Part shown: positions 56,890 through 64,000 of the stretch, in pieces
Position numbering within the stretch: position 1 is the stretch's first letter
Layout: every line of letters begins with the position of its first letter
From: Acidobacteriota bacterium
GTDB lineage: Bacteria; Acidobacteriota; UBA6911; RPQK01; JAJDTT01
Direction of reading: 5' to 3'
DNA: 64,000 nt
Assembly: GCA_965217775.1 (NCBI GenBank)
Contig: CBDCJH010000002.1
Span: 1,408,001-1,472,000 of the forward strand
Position numbers and translations under genes: made by a program
The notes under the pieces: generated by a model
What the model was told of the DNA's origin: nothing
Seen by the model: only the letters and a program-made list of their open reading frames with translations
The model's database searches: none

Positions 56890-57228
56890 TCAGCCTTCGC
56901 GCCGGAGTTCGTGGAGCATGATGCCGCGCCCCGCCAGTCTGGCTTCAAGCCACCGCTTGAGGGATGCCTGACTCTCTCGGGACCGGCGACCGGCGAGCAG
57001 ACCCTCCACGCTGATGTCCTCGTCGAGGTCCTCCCAATGAATGTGCTGGCTGCCGGCGTACAGCTCCCAGTTATTTCGTTCGTCCTCAGTCGCATGGGCA
57101 AGCCTTGGATACCAAGCCAGTGGAACCGAAATTATTCGTCCGTCAGCCAGCTCGGCCGTCAGCAGATCATCTGTCACTGTGATCCTCGTGGCTCCCGGCA
57201 CTTCCAATTCAACCGTCGAAGTAGTCAA
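56890..57228 (-). CDS. DUF2442 domain protein (putative antitoxin)
   Basis: LADGRIISVPLAWYPRL, IHWEDLDEDISVEGLL; TTG start with GGAGG RBS, overlapping the upstream gene. Confidence 0.85.
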   Translation of the reverse strand: MTTSTVELEVPGATRITVTDDLLTAELADGRIISVPLAWYPRLAHATEDERNNWELYAGSQHIHWEDLDEDISVEGLLAGRRSRESQASLKRWLEARLAGRGIMLHELRREG

Positions 57229-57445
57229 GCCAAGCCTCCACGAATGCTTTGCTGTTTTGTTTGACAATTCTCTCAATCCGGCGAAGTTCGGTCCGACCAA
57301 TGCGACCACTTCTCTGCAGTACTACCGGGTCGAGCCAGAACTTGGCAAATCCACCATTGGTCCGGACATGTATATGCGGTGGCTCATCTCGATCACTTGA
57401 GACAAAGTAGAAACGATACGGGCCATCGCGAAGCACCGTCGGCAT
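57209..57445 (-). CDS. DUF4160 domain protein (putative toxin)
   Basis: MPTVLRDGPYRFYF..DRDEPPHIHV...AKFWL...EAW..YF. Confidence 0.85.
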   Translation of the reverse strand: MPTVLRDGPYRFYFVSSDRDEPPHIHVRTNGGFAKFWLDPVVLQRSGRIGRTELRRIERIVKQNSKAFVEAWLDYFDG

Positions 57446-57752
57446 GTTATCACCTTCGTATCCGATATCCGGAAACCCAACCACGCCGGCAGGCAGCGAA
57501 TGGGGAGCACCTTCTCACCGATGTTGCCGATCTCACTTTGGCCTCGGGACACGTGGGGCGTAGGTGTCCCCATTCGGACTTCTGAGCGCGTCACTTTTCC
57601 AAACGGCTTGGCAACGATAGACGCGATAATTCTTCCAGCTTCTCGGAAGGTTCGGTTAGAAACCACGCAACGTGCTCACTTCGGGGTCGGCCCAATCTTC
57701 AGGCAGACTCTAGCCAGAAGTCACGCCTCGTAATCGGGCTTCGGGTTTCGGA

Positions 57753-57758
57753 TATAAT
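57753..57758 (+). promoter_or_regulatory. Possible -10 element for the FG-GAP/UnbV/thioredoxin gene
   Basis: TATAAT 30 bp upstream of the TTG start; GAGGA RBS at 57774-57778. Confidence 0.35.
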
Positions 57759-57788
57759 GGCGGCTCTTACAGCGAGGACAGACTCGAT

Positions 57789-59498
57789 TTGAAGCAAAAT
57801 TCACGACAGAAAACGGTTCAGGACATTTCCTCGACTTTTGGGCGAGGGGGATGGATCGCCACTGTTCTTCTGGTGAGTCTTCTCTTTTCTCCCCATGCCG
57901 CAGGGGAAACCGAGTTGGACAAAGTTGAGCTGAACCAGATCGAGGAGCGCTCCGAATCCCTGGCCAACTCCCTTCTGGAATTCTCGGTGACGGTCCGGGA
58001 GCGGGACATGGTTCGGATCAGCAAGTTCTTCGTGTCGCCGGCCAGGGTGACGCCGTGGCCGTCTCTCTCCGGCGCACCGGCTACGGAGTTCAAGTGGATC
58101 TCGACGGCCGCGCCCCGAATTGCACGGAAGCGTCCGAAGAAGATGCCCCGGACTGAACTGATGAAGAGCTGGGACAAGCTTCTGGGAACCTTCTCCTCCG
58201 TGGAGGATGCCCGATTCCAGGTCAAGGGGGCCCGCTTCAGCCAACGGAAGGGGAGAGTCGAGGGCAAGGGGGATCTCAAATTCTTCCTGATCGGACGTGA
58301 CGGCAAGAACCATCGATTCTGGGTGAAGGGAACGGGACGGCTGGTCGCGGTCCAGACGGGAGAGGAAAGCTGGCGGATCTCCGAATTCCGGGTGGACGAG
58401 GTCAGGACCATGCGGGCGGCTATGGACCTCTTCTCCGAGATCTGCATTCCGGCGGGCGTCTCTAATTCGCTGCCCCGATACGGAGAGCCGGGGAACGACG
58501 ATTTCGTCTATCACGGCGCCGCTGCGGGAGACCTGGACGGGGACGGGCTACAGGATCTGGTGGTTACGGGCATCAATCGAAACTACCTGTACCTGAACCA
58601 GGGTGGCCGGTTTCAAGACGTGGCCGACAGGGCGGGAATCTCGATAACGCCTCCTGGAACGGCCCCTCTCCTCCTCGACTACGACAACGATGGAGACCTG
58701 GACGTCTTCATGGCCTCGGTGGGAGAGCAGATGCTGTTCGAGAACCGTCTGGTCCCCTCCGGAAAGCTGCTCTTCTTCGACATCTCGCAAGAAGTCGGCA
58801 TAGCGGTGAACGCCATCGGTTTCAGCGCCACCGCCGGTGACGTGAACAAGGACGGATGGACTGACGTCTACGTCGCCTCCTACAACCGCTATGGCCGAGT
58901 CATGCCCGACTCCTGGCGCCGCGCCTCCAACGGGACTCCGAACCTGCTCTTTCTGAATCAAGGCGATGGGAGCTTCCGCGAAGCGGGGGCCGATTGGGGC
59001 GTCCGCGACCAGCGCTGGAGCTACGCCGCCCAGTTTGCCGACATCAACGGAGATGGACGGCTGGACCTCTACGTGGCCAACGACTTCGGCGAGAACGGCT
59101 ACTACGTCAACCTGGGGGACCGGTTCGAGGACCGGGCCACCAGCCTGGGGCTTCTGGACCCCGGCAACGGCATGGGCGTCTCCTTCGGGGACTTCAACAA
59201 CGACGGGCGGATCGACCTCTACGTCACCAACATGTCCTCCACCGCCGGGAACCGGATCCTGGACCGGTTGTTTCCGCAGGGAAGGGGAGACCGTAGTGGA
59301 CTCAAGAAGCTGGCGGCGGGAAACACTCTGTTCGAAGGCGTGGACGAGGGTGGTTTCCGCGACGTGAGCGCGAAGTTCGGACCCTTCGTCGCCGGATGGG
59401 CCTGGGGAGGAGTCTTCGTGGACTTCGACAACGACGGTTGGGAGGACCTCTACTCTCCCAACGGGTTCATCAGCGGCAAGTCCATGAAAGACACATGA
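57789..59498 (+). CDS. FG-GAP/CRTAC1-like protein, N-terminal part (ends at a possibly recoded TGA)
   Basis: Hydrophobic signal segment, uncharacterised N-terminal domain, six DxDxDGxxDL repeats, ending WAWG...DFDNDGWEDLYSPNGFISGKSMKDT-TGA. Confidence 0.85.
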   Translation: MKQNSRQKTVQDISSTFGRGGWIATVLLVSLLFSPHAAGETELDKVELNQIEERSESLANSLLEFSVTVRERDMVRISKFFVSPARVTPWPSLSGAPATEFKWISTAAPRIARKRPKKMPRTELMKSWDKLLGTFSSVEDARFQVKGARFSQRKGRVEGKGDLKFFLIGRDGKNHRFWVKGTGRLVAVQTGEESWRISEFRVDEVRTMRAAMDLFSEICIPAGVSNSLPRYGEPGNDDFVYHGAAAGDLDGDGLQDLVVTGINRNYLYLNQGGRFQDVADRAGISITPPGTAPLLLDYDNDGDLDVFMASVGEQMLFENRLVPSGKLLFFDISQEVGIAVNAIGFSATAGDVNKDGWTDVYVASYNRYGRVMPDSWRRASNGTPNLLFLNQGDGSFREAGADWGVRDQRWSYAAQFADINGDGRLDLYVANDFGENGYYVNLGDRFEDRATSLGLLDPGNGMGVSFGDFNNDGRIDLYVTNMSSTAGNRILDRLFPQGRGDRSGLKKLAAGNTLFEGVDEGGFRDVSAKFGPFVAGWAWGGVFVDFDNDGWEDLYSPNGFISGKSMKDT

Positions 59499-60593
59499 AG
59501 CTTCTTCTGGCGCCACGTCGTGGCGTCCACGGTCGGCGACGAGAAGGCCGGCAACCAGGACTACCAGAAGAACCACATGGCTCTGCTCTTCGAGCAGGGA
59601 CTGTCCTTCAGCGGATTCGAACGGGACGCCCTTTTCCTGAATCGGGAGGGAAGACGGTTCCAGGATATCTCAGGGGTCTCGGGCATCGACTCCATCTCCG
59701 ACGGACGTTCGGCCGTCACCGTCGACCTGGACAATGACGGCGATCTGGACATCTTTCTCACCACCATCCAGGGAGAAGGACATCTCCTGTTCCGGAACAA
59801 CGTGGGCCAGGACAAGGGCTTCATCCGGGTCGAGCTGGAGGGCACGAAGAGCGGCAAGGATGCCTTCGGCGCCCAGGTCCGCGTCAAGACTCCCTTCGGC
59901 GTCCAGACCCGGATCCTCTCGGGAGGCAGCGGTTTCATGGCTCAGCCCGACCGGCGGCTCCTGTTCGGTCTGGGGGAATCCCGGGAGGCCGAATGGATGG
60001 AGGTCACCTGGCCCTCCGGTGTCCGCCAGCGGCTCGGTCCCATTCCCGCCGGCGTCTCCTTGAAGCTGGTGGAGGAACAACCCGACTACCAGACCCTGTC
60101 TCTGCCGTCGGCCGCTCTACCCGATCCCCTGGAGGAGGAACAGGTCCTCTGGAGCAAGCTGCAGATCAAACGGGGCCTACCCATGCCTGAATTGGCGCTG
60201 AAGACGCTTCCGGACGGGGAGGAGATCTCGCTTCCGCTGGAAAAGGGAACGTCCTATCTGGTGAATCTCTGGGCCACCTGGTGCGGGCCCTGCCGGAGGG
60301 AGATGCCTGAATTGGAAGCCGCCCAGGCCAAATTGGAAGAGAACGGGATCCGGGTGATCGGTCTCAGTCTGGACCAGGGGGTTCCCCTCGCCGACGTGGA
60401 ATCGTATGCCCGGGGCCTGGGGGTGTCGTATCCGATCTACCTGCTGGAGCAGGAGGATCTGAAGAAGATCTTCGCCGGAGACGAAAGGTTCGTCCCCTTC
60501 TCGATCCTGGTGGACGAGGAAGGCCGGGTCGCCGACAGCCATGCCGGTTGGGGCGAAAAGGCCAAGCGGAAGCTGGATCGCCTTTGCCGGTAG
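59499..60593 (+). CDS. FG-GAP + ASPIC/UnbV + TlpA-like thioredoxin domains, in-frame continuation of the upstream ORF
   Basis: SFFWRHVVAS...SFSGFERD...DLDNDGDLD; DAFGAQV...GSGFMAQ..RLLFGLG...VTWPSG (UnbV); NLWATWCGPCRREMP (TlpA). Confidence 0.85.
   Translation, partial: SFFWRHVVASTVGDEKAGNQDYQKNHMALLFEQGLSFSGFERDALFLNREGRRFQDISGVSGIDSISDGRSAVTVDLDNDGDLDIFLTTIQGEGHLLFRNNVGQDKGFIRVELEGTKSGKDAFGAQVRVKTPFGVQTRILSGGSGFMAQPDRRLLFGLGESREAEWMEVTWPSGVRQRLGPIPAGVSLKLVEEQPDYQTLSLPSAALPDPLEEEQVLWSKLQIKRGLPMPELALKTLPDGEEISLPLEKGTSYLVNLWATWCGPCRREMPELEAAQAKLEENGIRVIGLSLDQGVPLADVESYARGLGVSYPIYLLEQEDLKKIFAGDERFVPFSILVDEEGRVADSHAGWGEKAKRKLDRLCR
59508..59529 (+). promoter_or_regulatory. Candidate bacterial SECIS hairpin
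   Basis: TGG-CGCCAC-[GTC]-GTGGCG-(T)-CCA, with 9 nt between the TGA (59496-59498) and the stem; the apical loop starts with G. Confidence 0.55.
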
Positions 60594-60707
60594 GGAATGG
60601 GCGACCTGGGAGGGGACATTCCCCTCTGCCTCCCATCAGATGCGGCCTGATCTAGTCCGTAATTCCTCTCAGGGGTATCAGAAATCGGGACCGGGAGCAG
60701 GAATAGG

Positions 60708-62039
60708 ATGGAATTCTCCAGACGTAGTTTCTTTCGAACGGCAGGACACCTGCATCTCCTGCTGCCGCTCCTGTGTTGCATCCATCAGAGCGCTCAGGCG
60801 GAGCAATCGCTCTTCCGGAGCTCCGACATGACCCTGGTGCAGATGAATGGTGTGCGGCTCCGGTTGGGCAAGCCGGTCCAGGTCACGGAGAGCCACGGTT
60901 ACGCCTATGTGCCCACCCTGGCAAGGTTTCCCGGGGGTGAGCTTCTGGTCACCTATTCGCTGGTTCCCGACACCAACGAGAACCCGTCCAACGTGGGAGC
61001 GTTCCAGATCTCCCGGGATGGAGGAAGGACCTGGGGCCACCGATACGAGGTGCTGCCCGAGCACCACCCCCTGATCTATGTGCCCCAGGAGGACGGCTCC
61101 CTGGTGGCCATACCGTCCCACCTGTTTCCCGTTTCCCCTGGAGACAGGCACAATTTCCGGGCTGCCTATCTCCGCTTCGAGCCGGGCGCGCGCCGCATGA
61201 TCCTGGAGCCGGATGGGGTAAGGGTCGTGGACTGGCCCTGGCCCGTGAACGTGGTGCCCCGTCCCGTGCCGAAGTCGAACTGGTACGTGAGAATGGCCTT
61301 CGACGGAATCGCCCTGAAGCTGGAGGACAGATGGCTGGCCACCGCCTACTCCCGGAGGGGAGATGAGCCAATGCAGCTCAACGTCGTCCTTGTCTCCCGG
61401 GACCAGGGACGAACCTGGCGCTACCTCTCCACTATCGCGGACGCGGCGATTTTGCCCACTCCACCCCGAAAGTGGGCCGGCGGCCCCAGCGAGACGGCCC
61501 TGGTCCGACTCGCCGACGGGGAGTTGATGGCGGTCTTTCGGGTGGGAAACGGACGGGACTGGAACCTGCGCCGGGCCTACAGCAAGGATGGTGGGACGAC
61601 CTGGTCCCAAGCCGACGTGATCCCGGCCTACAGCGTGGCGCCCAGCATGGTTCGCACCCGAGGCGGCACCATCGTCCTCTCCACGGGCCGGCCAGGAATA
61701 TCGCTCTGGTTCTCTACCGACGGGAGGGGACGCCGGTGGCAGGAGGTGGACGTGGTGAAACACCACAACCTCCACGTCCCAGATGAAACCTACCGCATCC
61801 TGCCCTATCCGTTTGACAATCCCCGGGAGATGAACACCTGGTCCTACACGGAGCTGGTGGAAGTCGCCCCCAACCGCCTCCTCCTGGTGTACGACAGAGT
61901 GCCGCCCGACCCCAGAATCGTTGCCTATGGAACCGATCCCCGTAGCACCGCGGCGGAGCGCCTGAGCTGGAGGCCCAGTCTCGACTCCGGAGAGCGGTTC
62001 CGCATCTTCCTGCTGCCCATCGAGGTCGAGGGGAACTGA
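60708..62039 (+). CDS. Sialidase/BNR (Asp-box) repeat family exported protein
   Basis: SRRSFF twin-Arg-like signal; SRDGGRTW, SRDQGRTW, SKDGGTTW, STDGRGRRW Asp boxes. Confidence 0.8.
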   Translation: MEFSRRSFFRTAGHLHLLLPLLCCIHQSAQAEQSLFRSSDMTLVQMNGVRLRLGKPVQVTESHGYAYVPTLARFPGGELLVTYSLVPDTNENPSNVGAFQISRDGGRTWGHRYEVLPEHHPLIYVPQEDGSLVAIPSHLFPVSPGDRHNFRAAYLRFEPGARRMILEPDGVRVVDWPWPVNVVPRPVPKSNWYVRMAFDGIALKLEDRWLATAYSRRGDEPMQLNVVLVSRDQGRTWRYLSTIADAAILPTPPRKWAGGPSETALVRLADGELMAVFRVGNGRDWNLRRAYSKDGGTTWSQADVIPAYSVAPSMVRTRGGTIVLSTGRPGISLWFSTDGRGRRWQEVDVVKHHNLHVPDETYRILPYPFDNPREMNTWSYTELVEVAPNRLLLVYDRVPPDPRIVAYGTDPRSTAAERLSWRPSLDSGERFRIFLLPIEVEGN

Positions 62040-62457
62040 TCTCCACTGGATTGATCGTGCTCACGAGAAACGGCTCCCCTACACCTGCCTGACCCGGAAG
62101 ATCGCCCGACCGGTACCCCTTGGTTCCGGGCAGCGAGCAGGACAACGGCGTGCCCGGCAAGATCATGGCCGACTGAACGGAGGATCTTTTCCGATCTGGC
62201 CACTCAGGCCTGGACCACCCGTCGGGCCGCCGCCTCCGGAAACATCCGGAACTCCTCCAGGGAAACCAGACTGTCCAGGTTCTGGCATTCGATCCGGCAG
62301 GGTAGGGTGTTGCGGTGGGTGAAATATAAGCGGAGACACTGGCGCCACAGCCGGGCAGAGCGGTGGTAGGGGGCCACGATGCCTTCGACATCGTCGTTCC
62401 AGTCGCCCGCAGACTTCTTGGTATCCGCGCACGTGGGAGTTCGGGGGTTGAAAACCC

Positions 62458-63909
62458 CTATGCGAGCAACTTGTCCACCACGTGTCCGCCCACGTCCGTG
62501 AGGCGGAATTGCCTTCCCTGGAACTTGTAGACCAGCCTCGTGTGGTCCAGGCCCAGCAGATGCAGGATGGTGGCGTGCATATCGTGCATGTGGATGGGGT
62601 CTTCCACGATGTCGTAGCCCAGTTCGTCCGTCTTCCCGATGGTGATTCCCGGCTTGGTGCCGCCGCCGGCCAGCCACATGGTGAAGGCGTACGGATGGTG
62701 GTCCCGCCCCGGATACTTTCCAGGATGCTCGTTCATGGGAGTCCGGCCGAACTCGCCGCCCCAGATCACCAGTGTGTCCTCCAGCAGGCCCCGGTCCTTC
62801 AAGTCCTTGATCAGAGCGGCCGAGGCCTGGTCGGTTTCCCGGCAGCGGGTCTGCAAGCCCTCTTTGTGAATGATGGACCCTTGCGCGATCAGTCCGTGGT
62901 GGTCCCACCCGTGGTGATAGAGCTGGACGAAACGGACACCCCGTTCCACCAAGCGCCGGGCCAGGAGGCAGTTGTTGGCGAAGGACTCCTTTCCGGGCTC
63001 GGTCCCGTAGAGACGGTGGATGTGCTCGGGCTCATCGCTGATATCCATCAGTTCGGGGACGCTGGTCTGCATCCGGTAGGCCAACTCGTAGGACGCGATG
63101 CGGGTCAGGATCTCCGGATCGCCCACCGCCTGGTATTGCCGCTGGTTGAGCTTTTTCAAAGCGTCCAGCGACCGGCGGCGCGCCTTTCGGTTCATCCATT
63201 CGGGGTCGGACAGGAACAGAACCGGATCGCCCTGGGACCGGAACTGCACGCCCTGATAGACGGTGGGCAGGAAGGCGGGACCCCAGCACGAATTGCCGGC
63301 GAAGACCTGCACCGGGCCCGATTGCAGGACCACGAAGCCGGGCAGGTCGCGGTTCTCGCTGCCCAGTCCGTAGGTCAGCCACGAGCCCATGCTGGGCCGT
63401 CCGATGAGATGGTGGCCCGTGTTCATGAACAGTTGGGCCGGTGCGTGGTTGAACTGCTCGGCGTGGACGGATTTGACGATGGTGATGTCGTCCACGACGT
63501 TGGCGAGGTGGGGCAGCAGCTTCGAGAGCTCGGCCCCAGACTCACCGTATCGATCATAGGAGTAGGGAGAGGCCAAAGCCTGAGGCGTCCCTCGCAGAAA
63601 GGCGAACCGTTTGCCGTCCAGCGTGCCTTCCGGGACGTTCTGTCCATCCAAGGCCGTGAGCCGCGGCTTGTTCTCGAACATATCGAGCTGAGACGGACCG
63701 CCCGACATGAACAGGAAGATGATGTTCTTGGCCTTGGGTTCGAAGTGCCCCGCCTTGGGCGCCATGGGATGCCGGGCGTCGAGAGCGGGAGCCGCAAAGA
63801 GCCGGTCGTCCATCAGCCCGGCCAGAGCGACGGACCCGATGCTCATCCCTCCCCGGAAGAAGAAATGACGGCGGGTGATGGCTTTCAGCATCTCCTGTTG
63901 GATTTTCAT
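62458..63909 (-). CDS. DUF1501 family protein (Tat signal)
   Basis: TRRHFF; [46 protein letters not shown]. Confidence 0.92.
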   Translation of the reverse strand: MKIQQEMLKAITRRHFFFRGGMSIGSVALAGLMDDRLFAAPALDARHPMAPKAGHFEPKAKNIIFLFMSGGPSQLDMFENKPRLTALDGQNVPEGTLDGKRFAFLRGTPQALASPYSYDRYGESGAELSKLLPHLANVVDDITIVKSVHAEQFNHAPAQLFMNTGHHLIGRPSMGSWLTYGLGSENRDLPGFVVLQSGPVQVFAGNSCWGPAFLPTVYQGVQFRSQGDPVLFLSDPEWMNRKARRRSLDALKKLNQRQYQAVGDPEILTRIASYELAYRMQTSVPELMDISDEPEHIHRLYGTEPGKESFANNCLLARRLVERGVRFVQLYHHGWDHHGLIAQGSIIHKEGLQTRCRETDQASAALIKDLKDRGLLEDTLVIWGGEFGRTPMNEHPGKYPGRDHHPYAFTMWLAGGGTKPGITIGKTDELGYDIVEDPIHMHDMHATILHLLGLDHTRLVYKFQGRQFRLTDVGGHVVDKLLA

Positions 63910-63927
63910 GAGTGCTCTTCCTCGCGC

Positions 63928-63999
63928 TCAGGGTCGAGAGATGGTTTCGTCCAGATTCAGGAGCACCTGGGCCACGCTGGTCCAAGCCATGAAGTCCTT
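63928..63999 (-). CDS. C-terminus of a DUF1553 (PSD1) protein, partial at window edge
   Basis: My translation is KDFMAWTSVAQVLLNLDETISRP*, the typical DUF1553 terminus, directly upstream of DUF1501. Confidence 0.75.
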   Translation of the reverse strand, partial: KDFMAWTSVAQVLLNLDETISRP

Positions 64000-64000
64000 G

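Noticed and set aside
61925-62450. Minus-strand frame with an in-frame TGA at 62204-62206 (…RRVVQA*VARSEK…) as a second recoding site
   Set aside because: No recognisable domain, start or convincing SECIS-like hairpin; at most a decayed gene fragment.

Overview
GC-rich bacterial chromosomal window. The gene content and order suggest an Acidobacteriota-like organism, which is an inference. 1-13.5 kb is a core envelope and translation block: 3' end of a lolD-like gene, clpC, bamA, skp, lpxD, fabZ, lpxA, lpxI, a GnnA-like oxidoreductase, miaA, gatB, a stand-alone receiver protein, then tRNA-Leu(CAG). 13.77-18.99 kb is a nested mobile element: an IS481-family unit inserted into the loop of a GTAG-type REP hairpin (7-bp duplication), carrying a degenerate IS21 mosaic and an IS1380 element (5-bp duplication). 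The remainder is accessory metabolism: Tat-exported sugar enzymes, amtB, an lgt homolog, epimerase/SDR genes, several beta-propeller glycoside-hydrolase-like proteins, FG-GAP proteins, a LarA-like protein, cysK, galM, two DUF1553/DUF1501 pairs and a DUF4160/DUF2442 pair. Two candidates for novel biology stand out. (1) At 57789-60593 an FG-GAP/CRTAC1-like ORF and an ASPIC-UnbV plus thioredoxin ORF are separated only by one in-frame TGA, followed by a SECIS-like hairpin. This is a candidate 934-aa exported selenoprotein. (2) At 36020-37141 a membrane-anchored ankyrin protein is paired with a secreted 84-aa peptide whose 8 Cys are spaced with perfect mirror symmetry. A family of ~160-bp palindromic intergenic elements, whose arm mismatches are almost all G-U pairs, is also present.
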